Positions 40,561-55,785 are shown, counted from the stretch's first letter. The stretch: 64,000 bases of DNA from Octopus vulgaris (GCA_951406725.2 OX597825.1:64914001-64978000), one strand, 5' to 3'. Notes: generated from the sequence alone by a model not told the origin. Numbers and translations are program-made.

Positions 40561-42928
40561 AAGTTACACATATACCTATATAAGTATGAGCACATACCCA
40601 AAAATTATTTACATATAAATATGAGTGCATATATACTCATATCCTTATATACATACACATATACATATACATAATAATATAAATATATATATATTACACA
40701 TATTTTAGTATGTGTGCGTGTTTGTTTTCAGTTTGATTTATTTTATAGAAATCAGCACACTTTTGTATAAATATATACAGTATCTCTGTATGTTTGCTTG
40801 TTAGTCTGTATGTGTTAGTTTCGTAGTTTCCTTCACCTTGTGTGTATGTCTGTGCGGGCCTATATCTTATTGAGAAAGTTAACCGTCTATAAACGATGCA
40901 GTAAAAGAAAGTCTTATTCTATTTAACCAAAATAGTACACACAATTTAACGGGGGAGTTATTGAAACTAATTCTCACCTGGTGGATAGTATCGCTGTGCC
41001 TTATCTAAAGAGATATTTGAGGATAAATATAGAGTAAAAAGAAGATAATAGGACTTATCATCTCCCTTCTTAACTTTTATTCATAGAATGTCTTCATTTA
41101 TAATTCACCAAAGTATTTTATTTTAACACCGTGGTTTTTCATTTGCTTCTTCTCAATACTATATTATTCCATTTTATTTTATCAAAACGGGAACGTTTGA
41201 TAGCGCTCTCTTATTTCGGATTTCAAAGAACGGCAGAGTTATATATTTCAGAGAATTTTTACAGGGTCTCTCGACTTAACATAAGCAGTATTGGAATTTT
41301 GGTCATATTCGTTAGACGATCGAACAAAATGGCCATCATGTGTTATTCCCGTTCTTTACGTTCTGAGTTCAAATCACTGCCGAGATCAACTTTACTTTCA
41401 TCCTCGTAGATTTGATGAAATAAAGTATCAGACGAGAAACGAACAGCATATCTCAAAATTGCTGATGTTGTGACTAACGCTGAACTTTTTTATTTCAAAC
41501 AGCAATCTGTTGACAGAACCCATAAGTCAGTTATTTAGGGTATAAATTTGAACCTACCTACAGTTGATATTGCCTCTCTGAGTTTATATACTATGGGTGG
41601 ATATATTTAGCTAAACCGTCTCCCACAAAATATGCTGGTTTCTTTAAAACTGTTTTCACTTTAGAGAGTTAATTCTGCAAGAACAAAATCTCAGCGGAAA
41701 TTTTTCGTAAATTTATTTCCATCACGCCATAAAATGTGCTGTTCCGTACATATGAGCATATGAAACGCCAAGGGTTGCAGAGAGTTGAGAGCTAAAGGCA
41801 GAGTATTCGAGCGCACTTAATACGAAGTTAATATTATTTTTGAGTTATTGAAAGTTAATAAACCACTCCGAATAATTCATCGCTAAGGTAACCTTCCATG
41901 CATATTAACCAAACTGAAGAAGGAGAATATATCGTAGATGTTGCTGCTGGTTGATCCAGCGTTATAAACATAAAATTGCAAAAAGCGGAAATGCAAATGT
42001 AGTGCAATAATTAATAATTAATTTTGAATTGTGGATCGAAGGAAGCCAGCACGTAAATTAAATTAGAGATAAATAATCAGCTTACGAAATTAATCGCTTC
42101 GTTGAAACGGTTGACACTTCTTATTTTAAATGTCTCTGTGTAATCTCCCTGAACAAAACTAAACTTTGTTTTTACTGCCTTTTATACTCAAATGAAGTTA
42201 GAGGAAAGCCTAGAGCGAATTAGTCGACTTTATTAGCAAGAAATATAGCAGAAACATAACTAAATATCCAGTCTTCGGTAATTTAATAAATCCGATGTTT
42301 ATAAATATAATAATGGTGAAATAAGACGAAGTCCCGCCTCAGTCTCCCTCCCTCTTTCTCTTTCTCTCTCCCTCTTTCTCTCCCGTCTCTTCTCACTCTT
42401 GCACACACACAGATATTAAAGAAATAAAGTGCTAAAAGCTCACTTTTCCTCGTATGCAGAGAAATAATTTGTTTATAGATTTCAGTATTCCATTTGCTTT
42501 TCTTAGTGAATAGCTACAACAATTTAATCTTTGGAGAAGATAAGATTTAATTTGTCAAAATCTTAAATTTGTAAAATATAGGCGAATATCTCTCGCAGAT
42601 CGAAATTTCAGTGAAATGTTTTTATGTACAAGAAATATATGGCGATTTTAATTTACGTCTGACCCCGAATTAAACAACTTATACATTACGTATAGTTTTA
42701 ATTATAAATATATACTAGCAAATGCACGCGTAATTTGGACGGTTAAGCATATAGATAAAAAATATATCGAAAAATTGTGAAAACAACTAAAAAATATACT
42801 ACCATATAGATTTTAAAAGTATAGAAAACAGTCGAAATAAATAAATGGACAACATCCTGTCACTTTTATAATATCCTCTAACCAAAAACCTGTAGTCATT
42901 ATACACAGACTTACTATGATTTATATAT

Positions 42929-43350
42929 CGCGGCCCTCTGTCGGTGGTGACAACGAGGGTTCCAGTTGATCCAACCAACGGAACAGCCAGCTCGTGAAAT
43001 TAACGTGCAAGTGGCTGAGCACTCCACAGACACGAGTGCCCTTGAGGTAGTTTCTCAGGGAGATTGAACGTGACACCAGGCTGGCCCTTTCAAGTACAGG
43101 TACAACAAAAACAGGAAGAAAGAGTGCGAGAAAGTTGTTACGGAAGGACTTAGTGCTTTTTTATTATCGTATTCTATGACACGTCGTAACGTTTATAGTT
43201 AGATTCGCCACCAGCCCTTACCGGAACATCGTGGATCTGTAGGTGTTTCCGATTAATAAACACTCACAACACCCGGTCTGGGAATCGAAACCGCGATTCT
43301 ACAACCGCGAGTCCGCTGCCCTAAACGCTTGGGACCATTCCGCCTCCACG
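42929..43350 (-). mobile_element. SINE family B head with tail type 2
   Basis: B head at 43255-43350; distinct tail TTGCACGTTAATTTCACGAGC...GGATCAACTGGAACCCTCG. Confidence 0.8.
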
Positions 43351-43351
43351 A

Positions 43352-43815
<464 letters not shown>

Positions 43816-44809
43816 AATTTAATGAGATTATTTTCTTTCTTCATTTTTAATAAAGTTAATTGTGGAAAACCGCTGAATCAGATATCGATGTCTTTCAATA
43901 TATATACTTTGACATGTTACTTTTAATTTAAACAAGAAATTCAGCGGAGATCTGTTAACGCTAAATTCCTTTCTCGTTATCGCAATCATCCCAGCCTTAT
44001 CAATCTTTATTATATACACACATCGAAGAGCGAATGATTAAAAATTCTACACTCATCACCGAAGTAATCGATCCATAATTGAATCTCATTCTAAGAAATG
44101 AGATTAGATATTTCATTAATTTAAGATAATAACAATAATAATAATAATAATAATAATGATAATAATAATAATAATAATATGATATGTATTACAAGATTTA
44201 ATATCGTATTATGTTTAGCATTTCAGGATACCCAGGCAAGCTATACCATCGCTAGTAACCATCAGCAATTACACCGGGGTAATTAATTTAACAACGCAAA
44301 CGAAATTAGAGATTCTGTTACCTTATAGTAGGACAATTGTGACGAATTAATTCCAGCTATCATATTAAGAAAAGTGATTCGACCAGCATTCTACTGTGAA
44401 GTTTCGAAAATTTTCTGTTCAGTGATGCGGAAATATATGCAGATGAATTTCCAGTTCATATCAAGTGCACAGCTGTTTTTTTTTGTTTTTTTTTATTCTT
44501 TCTTCATCACGATTGAAGTAAAGCAGCATGTAGTCCTATTTAAAAAGACATCATTTTAAATAGATTATCAGTTCAATGATTATAAATCACTGTTCGATTG
44601 AACTTTTTCATCCAAACACTGTCGCTCTTTTTTTTTGTTTTTTGTTTTTTTTTATTTTTTTCGCTCTCGTAAGTAGACCAAGCGTAAAATTATTGCATCA
44701 ATGCGCAGGTTGTTTTCTGTGATCGTTTGCCGTACTAATTTGAGGACATTCCGGTATCAGTATATGAACGAGAGAAGCAGCCTAATGTAAGTTACTTGCT
44801 TTCGCTTGA

Positions 44810-45013
44810 TATATATATATATATACATACATACACACATACATATATATATATATACATGTATATACATATATATACATATATATACATATATATACAT
44901 GTATATACATATATATATATGTATATACATATATATATATATGTATATACATATACATGTATATATATGATATACATATATATATATACATATACATATA
45001 TATATACATATAC

Positions 45014-45044
<31 letters not shown>

Positions 45045-45057
45045 CATATATATATGC

Positions 45058-45089
<32 letters not shown>

Positions 45090-45143
45090 ATATACATATA
45101 TATATACACATATACATATATATATATATACATATATATATAC

Positions 45144-45201
<58 letters not shown>

Positions 45202-45230
45202 GTATGTATATGTATGTATGTATGTATGTA
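44810..45230. repeat. (TA)n/(TACATA)n array
   Basis: Directly visible. Confidence 0.97.
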
Positions 45231-45665
45231 TAACAGGAATTAGGTTATTAAAACTATTCAGAAATACATTTTCTTATTTGCATAGCTTCATTATTGCCGA
45301 TATAATTTCACAGGCACGACATTCCCAGTTTTACAGCAAGGCACGCACGCACACATGTCTACGTGTATCTAGGTGCGTATGAGTGCGATTCACTGCAGAA
45401 TTCTGTACGCATAAAATCTTAACTGAAATTTCATACTTATTTAGCGAAAGTAATCCAACTTACGGCAACTACTATCGACACGCAAATAAAGGAATGGCAA
45501 TTGATATTTTCTAAAAATTAAGAAATAATATCTCAAATTTAATTCACAAGTATAAAGTAAAGTAATTGTAGTCTTTGTTTGCAGGCGAAAGACAACTATG
45601 GACACGTTCCAGGTTATTAGCCTTCATCATCATATTAATGCCTGTAGAGCAGTTGATAAATAATT

Positions 45666-45891
45666 TTACATCGGGTATTCAGTCCGATTATTTCTATGTC
45701 CCCGCGCATGATACAGCCTTAAGACATTTATTGGATGGCCGTTGACTCTCAAGAATTCCTCCGCTCTTTGACGGGTTTTGTTTTTCACCATCCTCACCAA
45801 GCAAGCTTGGTGGGGTTGCCGGTTTAGTCGCCGACGGCCCAACCATGTAACAGGTTGTACTGGGTTACATGTTACCAGTAGCATGTGACCT

Positions 45892-45895
<4 letters not shown>
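45666..45895 (-). mobile_element. Repeat family E, 5' portion
   Basis: Reverse complement of 32289-32521 with a ~25-bp internal deletion. Confidence 0.8.
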
Positions 45896-45942
<47 letters not shown>

Positions 45943-46146
45943 GTCTGTATGTATATGTCTGTATATATATATACATATATATATATACGTATATATGCAT
46001 GTATGTATGTATGTATAAATACACGCACGCGATGGTCGTATTTCCGTTCAGCAACTCCTTTCATAATTTTGTAGCCATAGGAGTAGTTACATGCACAATC
46101 TATCGCATAATGGGTTGGAGTCTGTAATCATTTTGTTGTGAAGCAA

Positions 46147-46738
46147 TATTATTTATTGCCCACAAGGGGTTAAACATAGAAGGGACAAGCAGGGACAGAC
46201 AAAGGGATTAAGTCGATTACATCGACCCCAGTATGTAACTGGTACTTAATTTATCCATCCCGAAAGAATGAAAGGCAAAGTCGACCTCGGCGGAATTTGA
46301 ACTCAGAACGTAACGGCAGACGAAATACCTATTTTTTTTACTACCCACAAGGGGCTAAGCACAGAGGGGACAAACAAAGACAGACAAAGGGATTAAGTCG
46401 ATTACATGGATCCCAGTATGTAACTGGTACTTAATTTATCCACCCCGAAAGAATGAAAGGCAAAGTCGACCTCGACGGAATTTGAACTCAGAACGTAACG
46501 GCAGACGAAATACCTATTTTTTACTACCCACAAGGGGCTAAGCACAGAGGGGACAAACAAGGACAGACAAACGGATTAAGACGATTATATCGACCCCAGT
46601 GCGTAACTGGTACTTATGTAATCGTCCCCGAAAGGATGAAAGGCAGAGTCGACCTCGGCGGAATTTGAACTCAGAACGTAGCGGCAGATGAAATACTGCT
46701 AAGCATTTCGCCCAGCGTGCAAACGTTTCTGCCAGCTC
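46147..46738 (-). mobile_element. Head-to-tail trimer of SINE family C
   Basis: Units at 46147-46329, 46330-46514 and 46515-46738; only the last retains the A-box head. Confidence 0.93.
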
Positions 46739-47319
46739 GTGTAATAAGAAGCAATCTTCTTATTACACAACAATTCCTGCATCTATTAACATATATCAAT
46801 TTATTCTCCCCATTCTTGATATACCAATAAACGCCAAACAATAGAAATTTCCACGTTAATAAATAGTTAATTGATACATTGCGTTTACAAATATTTAAAT
46901 GACGCAATCCAGGTATTTAAATTACACGAAGATCGATTTATGAGTAACGTGAGAATGATATAACAAACGTAGCTGAACAAGAACTTGTGTGCCAATTTCT
47001 TCAATAGCAACATCCTACCTGCACTTTTATATGCAAGTGAAACCTGTGCTGCTATGAAGAAGGAATAACAGTAACTAGCTTCGATACAGAGGTCCGTAGA
47101 AAAATCGATGCTACAAGTATGCTAAGTGTGAGAAAAAAAAGCAAAACGAGGTAATTTGACAACGAATTGGCGTGAACGATGTGATTGCGGCATAATGAAG
47201 GCTCAACTTCCGCTGCGTCGAAAATAATGTAATATTTAGAGACAACAGTGCCCTCTTGCGAATTAGCATTCGGAAAACCTCGAAGTAGATGCGATGACAT
47301 TCTTTTTCTCTTTCAATTG

Positions 47320-47687
47320 GCTCATTCATTTGACTGCTGCCCTGCTGGAGCAACACCTTAAAGGGTTTTAGTGGAAGAAATCGTCCTCCAAGACTTATTC
47401 TTTGTGAACCTAGTACTTACTATGCCGGGTACATTTTTTTACGCACCGCTAAGTTATGGGGACATTAACACGCCAACAGCGGTTGTCAAGCGGTGATATG
47501 GGTACAAACACTGACACAAAGACACACACAGATAATACGACGGACTTCTTTCAGTTTTCGACTACCAGATCCACTGGCAAGGCTTTGGTCGGCCCGATGC
47601 TATAGTAGAAGACACTTGCCCAGAGATCCATGCTGTGGGACTGAGCCCTGAGTCATGTGGTTGGGTAGCATGCTTTTTTCCACACAG
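47320..47687 (-). mobile_element. SINE family A, diverged
   Basis: Reverse complement of family A; internal microsatellite almost absent. Confidence 0.85.
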
Positions 47688-47985
47688 GAAAAAAATAAGC
47701 AATCGTGAGAAGAATGGAGGAGCTGTGTATCCAGCAGTGTGTAAGATTATTTGGTAGTCTGGTGGTCGATAGAGAAAAAGCCAGATTTGTCACACTACCT
47801 CTCGCCTCTTAGACTCGTTTTACCATCGGTTCTCTCTATGTCTTTCTCTTTCTTCTCTCTCTCACTTTAGTCATTCATCATGATTACCGCCAACGTCACA
47901 GTCACTGTCTCTCCTATGACAACTACTACTTTAACTCTGTCCGCTAGCGCCAACACCATATCACAGAACAGTTTCTCCTATACTA

Positions 47986-48551
47986 TTGGGTTGCCCGGAA
48001 AGTTCGTGGCGATTTAAAAAAAAAAGAAAAATGGCAATAAATACTTGCCATTACATTTTTAATCAACCAAATATGAACCATTTTGTTGCAAAATGCGTCT
48101 CCATCTTTCCTTTAACATAAAAATATCCTCTTCCCAGAATTGAGAGAGCTTCATGGCAAAGAAGTCATCAAAGTATCGTTTTACGTCATCTAAGGAATTG
48201 AAATTTTTACCATTAAGATTATTCTGCAGAGACCTGAGTAAGTGGAAATCCGAAGCAGCAATATCTGGTGAATATGGAGTGTGGGGTAACATATCCCAGC
48301 CGAGCTGCAACAATTTTTGTCTGGTTCCCAAATCCACAAGTGCCGAAAATGAGCTTTCTTATCTGCCATTTTAAAAGGTTACAGAATTAACACAGGTTAT
48401 AGGAACATAAACCTTCTTCCACGGAAAGATAGCTTATACTCTGCTCTAAATAGACGTGTAGTCAAATCCTATTTTATGGACTCAACCATGTTATAAAATA
48501 AGTTGAGAGGTAAGCTGCTATAAATCGGCACGAACTTTCCAGACAACCCAA
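47986..48551 (-). mobile_element. Non-autonomous mariner (mellifera-like), copy 2
   Basis: TA TSDs at 47984-85 and 48552-53; 30-bp TIR TTGGGTTG(C/T)C(C/T)GGAAAGTTCGTG(G/C)CGATTT; peptide TRQKLLQLGWDMLPHTPYSPDIAASDFHL...ERWRRILQQNGSYLVD. Confidence 0.93.
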
Positions 48552-49067
48552 TACATCTGATTTACTTCCCTTAGTGCTATGCACATTTTTACGAAGGCAG
48601 AGTTACGGATATTAATAAATAGATGATATTATATGCAAATAAGAAAATGTATGAGTGCTTGCGTGATTTAAATGATTAGCATGGCTCTTCCATACTTCTA
48701 CACATATACGCACATATATATTATGCATACATCATAGACATGCATATGTGTGAGTGTGTGTAAATATGTGTGTTAATTGTACGCCAAAGAGAGAAGAGCA
48801 TACAACACATATTTTAGAAGGTAAAGAAGAAATGACATTATCTTCACGACGAAAACTCTTTGAAGTATGTTGAAACTATATAGTATCATTCATCAAAGAG
48901 AAATATTTGGTGATTCAATTAAATTCATTTTGCAGTGTTTATAGATCGATTATTTTATTATCATTTTTTATTCTTTTTCTACATTTAAATTCGCCATTGT
49001 GTTCAGACACGCGCGCGCACGCATATATATGTGTGTATTTTGATATGTGAATGTGTTTGTAGGGTTA

Positions 49068-49100
<33 letters not shown>

Positions 49101-49175
49101 GGCAGACAGATTAAGTATATGTGAGATACATATACCTTTGTTATCTCAACATAAGCATATATATTACCGCAACAG

Positions 49176-49222
<47 letters not shown>

Positions 49223-49352
49223 TATATTGTATATATATATTTTATATATTTTATACGGTATGCTCTTCTGATTTATGATATTGTAACGAGGATATATATA
49301 TTATATACATATATTATATGCATATATATATTATATGCATATATATATTATA

Positions 49353-49400
<48 letters not shown>

Positions 49401-51477
49401 CACACACACATTAAATATAGGTTATATAAATGTTTGATAAATTATATATTGTTATTTACCTAAATTAATCTCTCTCTCTCATTATTATTTTCTCTACGCC
49501 TCTCTCTCTCTCTCTTTCAGTGTATGCATCTGTCTATACACGAACTACAAACGCACGCACTTTCATCTATCTATATATATGTGTAGGTGCGTCTGTGTGT
49601 GTGTGTGTGTGTGTGTGGTTTCTTAGTTGTAAGTATGTTGGTATGTATACATGTATGTATGTGTGTGTATGTATTTCTATGATCACTATGAAAAACATGG
49701 CTCTATTTTCTATTAATTTTTTTTTAACTGTGTTTGGGTTTCTAATAATTTTTCTTTGATATTAAACCCTTCTTTATGTGCTTTACAAGTTAATTTCCAG
49801 GTCAGAGACTAGGTAAAAATAAGATCAACAAATTCGTAAGAGTTTATTCCATAAAAATCAACTGCTCTCCTCTTTGTTTGTGCCTCAGTTGAAAATAATT
49901 CTTTTGATAGATTTTTATATATCGTATTGAAGCTGCATATCTGACAACTGGAGGAAAATAATTGATGAAGGACACACAAACAAATATATTCCCCACCTCT
50001 GTGCATCGCTATCTCTTATTTAACTAAATAATAAGCTGACATCTACACCGTATATATACATACATAGATACATGCATACATATACAAACACAATGTCATG
50101 GAAATGAGAAGAGTGTTTTAAATACATGGTGTTCATTGAAATGTAATTGTTTTCTCATTCGAGTTTCATGCTGCTGAAATCTTTAGATAGAAATGGTGTG
50201 GGTGTGATGTTCATTGGCTGGGATCATACACATCTCTGTAATTATCTGTATGTCTATCATTTTCAGGGGCTCATTTCCAATTCGTTTTGTTAGGGCTTCT
50301 CATACGGTTGTCGTCAGTTGCTATTCAATTTAATTATCGTTTCTTATTTCAGTTTCAATTTTTTTTTTGGTACTTGTAGCATCTAAATTATTATTCTCAT
50401 TCAGTTCTTTTCCTGAACTTGCTCATATGTATATCGCTTAGCCAACTCAGTATTCGTAGTGTCTCTATTTATATATTTTATAAACTTATTTTTCTACATA
50501 CGCCCAATTACTTTCGCGAAACCACTTTGTTTGGTTTCCAATTTTTCATTTACGTGTATCTCTTAGTTGATTACCTTACTTATAAATTTGATGTTGCTTC
50601 AATCGGTAATAAGTATAAAAGATTATTCTCTTTAGTATTCATTTCTTCATTTCTATTTTTGAATTATCGTTGACCCCTTATTATTATTTGTTTCAACTGA
50701 AATCGCTAAAGATGTACAAAATACTCTAGAGACGAGTGCATTTTATAACATTCGATGTCCTAATGAATTATATACTTACGAATATATATATGACTACTAT
50801 ACAAAACAGACAGACATTCTGTTGGTACAAGGCAAAAACAGAAACAATTGTAATGCTAGAAATAGACGTTTATTGGTGTGATGACCAAAAGATTTTTACT
50901 ATTTAATTCTGATTTATTTTGTGTGTGCAGTAATTTATTAATAATGCTTTTAATGCTAATAGAATAATTATGTGTACCTAGTGGTTTTACGTTCGTTTCT
51001 TGAGCTGCACAGTGGAAGATCAATCTATCTATCCATCTATTCATTTATCTATCAGTCTCTCTGTCCATCTGTTTCTGTGTATGTATGTGTGTGTGTGTGT
51101 GCATGTATGTGTGTGTGTGTGTGTAGGTATGTAGCTAGGCAGCAACAGACACCAAGAACTTTGACAATAAATAGTTAAGTGATCCTCAATTGCCATTCAA
51201 TTTCTTATTTTTTAAGAGACATTATGAAAATAACACAAGTCTAAATCAGGTGCTTCGATTTGATATATGTAGTTATAAGTTATTATCCCGATTTAATACC
51301 CGTATCTCACACAGAGTGGAATGTATATATTTATAACAAACATTTCAAGCACATCGCAGCCTGCATTCGACACTCTAGATCCCCAGATTGTTCACATAAT
51401 TTTCATCCATTTTACGTTTCCTGTCTTCTGTGCATTTTCAATAGTATTGTAAAAAGTTCTTTTTTTACTATACTATA

Positions 51478-51640
51478 GGCGTAGGAGTGGATGTGTGGTA
51501 AATAGCTTGCTTACGAACCACATGGTTCCGGGTTCAGTCCCACTGCGTGGCACGTTGGGCAAGTGTCTTCTACTATAGCCTCGAGCCGACCAAAGCCTTG
51601 TGAGTGGATTTGGTAGACGGAAACTGAAAGAAACCCGTCG

Positions 51641-51718
<78 letters not shown>

Positions 51719-51927
51719 TATGTTTGTGTGTCTGTGTTTGTGCTTGTCAACCGATGCTGGTGTGTTTACGTCCCCCGTAACGTAGCGGTTCGGCAAAGTA
51801 GACTGACAGAATAAGTACTGGGCTTACAAAGAATAAGTCGTGTGGTCGATTTGCTCGACTAAAGGCTGTGCTCCAGCATGGCCGCAGTCAAATGACTGAA
51901 ATAAATAAAAGAGTAAAAGAGTAAAAA
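51478..51927 (+). mobile_element. SINE family A, full length
   Basis: Complete element; possible TSD TATACTAT at 51469-76 and 51932-39. Confidence 0.92.
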
Positions 51928-52389
51928 AGGGTATACTATTCCATGTATTTCAGTACTTTTGTTCGTAGACGAATTAAGTTGTAATCTTCCCTGATCGCGA
52001 CGTATATGAAAATCTAATTAACGTACATGAAGAAATAATTAAGTTATAACCATTCATATTTAGCTATATTTCACCAACAATTTACTAGGATAAATTTCCG
52101 CTTTTCTGATCTACATGCACATTTTCAAACATTCTTAAGAGCCCATATAATTTCCGTATAATTTACAGTGTCTTTATCAAATATATTAATAAGCATACTA
52201 ATGATTTTATTAGATTTATCGAGTATATCTAATAACATTCATAAAACATTTCGATATGAAACCAAGGATTATTCAGATCGTTTAACATTTTAGTTTCCTG
52301 GAGAGGCAGGATATTTCAGCACGATAATTGCGGAGTCTTGATCGCATGACAGAATTTAATTTTGGTTACAATTTATATCGGTTTAATAT

Positions 52390-52575
52390 GGCCAGCAACA
52401 GCAAGGTTAAGTCGATTACATTCAGCCCTGTACCCAGCTGGTGCTTATTTTATCGACCCAGATATCATGAAAAGCAAAGTCGACCTCGGCAGTATTTGAA
52501 CTCAGAACGCAAATATGTACGAAATGCTGGTAAGTATTTTACCCGGGGTACACAGATTCTGTCAGCTTGCCATCT
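52390..52575 (-). mobile_element. SINE family C, degenerate (similar relics at ~2830-2965, 10578-10715, 34839-34990 and 41300-41480)
   Basis: GCAAAGTCGACCTCGGC..ATTTGAACTCAGAACG is conserved. Confidence 0.7.
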
Positions 52576-52978
52576 TAGCCAGAAATTGATACTACTATTT
52601 TAGAGGCCATTTTCACCAGCTGTTCCATAGGATTAAAATCTCGTTGAACTCGTGTAGAATCAACTGCTACTGTTCACTTGAAATACTTCTTAACATTTGA
52701 GATATTTTGCAACCTAATCTCAACTTTATCACTGTGAGACACAGCATACTTTCTTATTCCATTTGTCTTGATTGAGTCGCCGTGGCCTACACGTCGGCCG
52801 GCCACACGAAAAGAAGACATTTTTTCTATTAAAATTGCATGTCTCGTGGGAAATTAGTAATCACCCCACTTTACTAAAACTCATTAAATATAATCTAATT
52901 GGCTTTCAATTTGCAGTTCATGAAAAAATTATAGCTGTTTCTAGTAGTCATTTCCATCCGACTCTTATATATATATGC

Positions 52979-53045
<67 letters not shown>

Positions 53046-53312
53046 GGTGTGTGTGTGTGTGTGTGTGTACATAAACACACACACAAACGGATCTTATTTT
53101 CACTTTCCATCTTTTGCACATTTTCACTTCGCTTTTTCTCACTGCCTCTCACGCATTCCATATCTTTCCCTCTTCATATATATATATATATATATATATT
53201 TGTGTGTGTATGTATGTACGTATGTATTCAGATTTATCTGGCAACTTACGTCTTTTTTCTAATCTTTCCAATGCCTCACAATCACACAGCATACTTGCTC
53301 AATCTATCTCTT

Positions 53313-53365
<53 letters not shown>

Positions 53366-54523
53366 CTTTTATCATTTCTACTATCTCTCCATGAGTGTGG
53401 TTTCTTTTGAAGATTTACATTTTTCATCTGATGCTCTTCGCAATCTCAATTGTTCAGACCTTTATCTATCCCTCTATCTACCGTTAGATCAACTACAGAA
53501 CTATCTCCATGAAAAATCAATATTATTTTTCTTCTCTTTCATATGGTCGCTGAGAAGAAATAATATATCTTAACATTTTTCTCTCATTTTTTTTCTGTAA
53601 GGTTTCAATGGTTTTATATTTATTTTTTGAATATATTAAGATCTTTCCAGCTTCGACAGATTTCTTTTTTCTTCATAAATATCTTAACTTGACTTCAGTA
53701 TAGAAATCAATTATCAACTATCAACTCTTCTACGTTTCATATTCTTACATTTAAAATCCACCCAACGTGTAGAATAGTACAATATGATACCTACAATTTT
53801 AAAATCAACTAGTCTTAACCTTTCAGTTAAAGCTTACGAAAATTCAGAATCTAGATAATTAATTAGAGAAAACTTTTTATGAATTTTATTCCTGTCAAAA
53901 TATTTTATTTCTTCAAACTTAGTTTATGACATTTCGATTTATTATTAGTAAACTCAAGTTATTTTGTAATAAGATAAGAATATCTTTATTGAGCATACAA
54001 AGCGTACAAATGGATATTTTAGCTGATTTGAACTCACAAATATAGACTCGACACGAGTTACAGAATTCTATGGCGTGAGGGCTAATTCTTATTGCCATTC
54101 GAAATATTTTGGCTTGACCGAATTAGTATTTAAGCGAGGGTGAACGTACAGATGGCATTCATCGACAGTTTGCATGATGTTCTGAGCTTCCTATCATTTA
54201 TTAACTACATCAACTCTTCAAATATTAACATGAAATTTTGGTAAACTTCCAAACGTTCTGTGTTGATATTGATATAAAAACAACTCCATGTTTCTCATTT
54301 AACCATCAATATAACATTTACACACAGTAAGATTACTATTAAATAGCCAGGAAAGTCCCGTTGATAGTAAGAAGAGATTGGGTGATTGTTAGTACTGTTT
54401 TTGGTTTTAGTTTTGCTTTTGCCATTGCTATTATTATTATTATTATTATTTAGCCCAGGGCCAAGTACAAGTGAGGAAAGTCGTCATGAACCTAAACTGT
54501 TCTATTATTATTTTGATCAGAAA

Positions 54524-54917
54524 TCTTTATATATAAAAGTCAAGTTGTGTGTCTGTCTCCTACGATTTAGATTCCTAACTACTCCCACATTTTGCGGTGC
54601 AGTTTAACCAAAACCGGGTATCTTATAGTCGTGATTCATATCAATCCCTTCTGGGTATTAGCGCGCGTCTACGATGAGTCTACGATTAAAAATAAAAATT
54701 ATCATGATTTGTTTCATTTTAATGCATTTTTTCGCTATTATATAAGGGAAGTAACTCTCTAAAATGTCTACGATGAGTCAACGATGTTTAAAAAAAATTA
54801 CCAACATTGTTTTTCCATTTTAATGCATTTTTTTGCTATTTTTTGGATATCACTCTCTAAAAATGCTTATATAGTTATTTCCCTTACAAACCCGAGCAAC
54901 GCGGGCGATACTGCTAG
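54524..54917 (+). mobile_element. Non-autonomous Helitron
   Basis: Inserted between A and T; 5' TC; 3' hairpin CCCGAGCAACGCGGG 8 nt before the terminal CTAG; internal ~99-bp tandem duplication at 54668-54865. Confidence 0.88.
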
Positions 54918-55709
54918 TAGAAGATATATTCCAAATGGAAGCATACAGTTATGTGTGTGTATATGCATGTTAATGGATGCATTTGTATATAAGCTTCTCT
55001 ATTTGTATGAGTGTCCTTGTGTGCGTGCATATGTGTGTGTGAGTACAGGTGTGTGTACACACATATATGCTTATACTAATATGTATATATGTCTATATGT
55101 GTATTTGTGTAATATTTGTTGTAATAAATATGGACGCGTGCGTGTGTGGGTATCTATGTGTGTGAAGACAAATACGCCCACGCGTTAGGTTGTTTGATAA
55201 AGTACCCCTGGTATTTGTTCTATCCCTCAATGCTCACATGGTGAAAGCCATCAAAGTTAATTACTACTTTCGTGACTCCACCAAAAAGAAATTACGATTT
55301 TATGGCGTCGGATTTGCGAAATTATCATAGCGACTTTTGAGATTCAGCACATTATTTATTCCAGCTCTGAGAATTAAAGTTCAAATCTTGACTTTTCTCA
55401 AAAAGTAGTGACACACTGGCCAGGATTTGCAATCGATATGCTGTATGAGCTGTTTGAAAAATCAATGGAAAAAGTTTGCTTTGGTTCCATCCAAAAATCG
55501 AATGAGAATCCCACTATTTATAGTATAGTAAAGATAGATGGATAGATAGACAGACAGACAGACAGGTAGGTAGGTAGGTAAGTAGGTAGGTAGGTAGGTG
55601 GGTGGGTAGGAAGGGAGGTAGGTAGTAGATAGATAGATACGTAGGTAGGTAGAGGGATACATATACACATATATATAGATAGACAGACAGATATATAGAT
55701 AGATAGATT

Positions 55710-55785
<76 letters not shown>

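Noticed and set aside
42716-42875. Possible minus-strand Helitron end (CTAG with weak hairpin)
   Set aside because: Hairpin is poor and no clear 5' TC end is found.
46147-46738. CRISPR-like regular repeats
   Set aside because: Eukaryotic SINE multimer; no unique spacers and no cas genes.
49470-49530. Polypyrimidine tract plus CAG as a splice acceptor
   Set aside because: The tract is a (CT)n microsatellite and the downstream sequence is low complexity.
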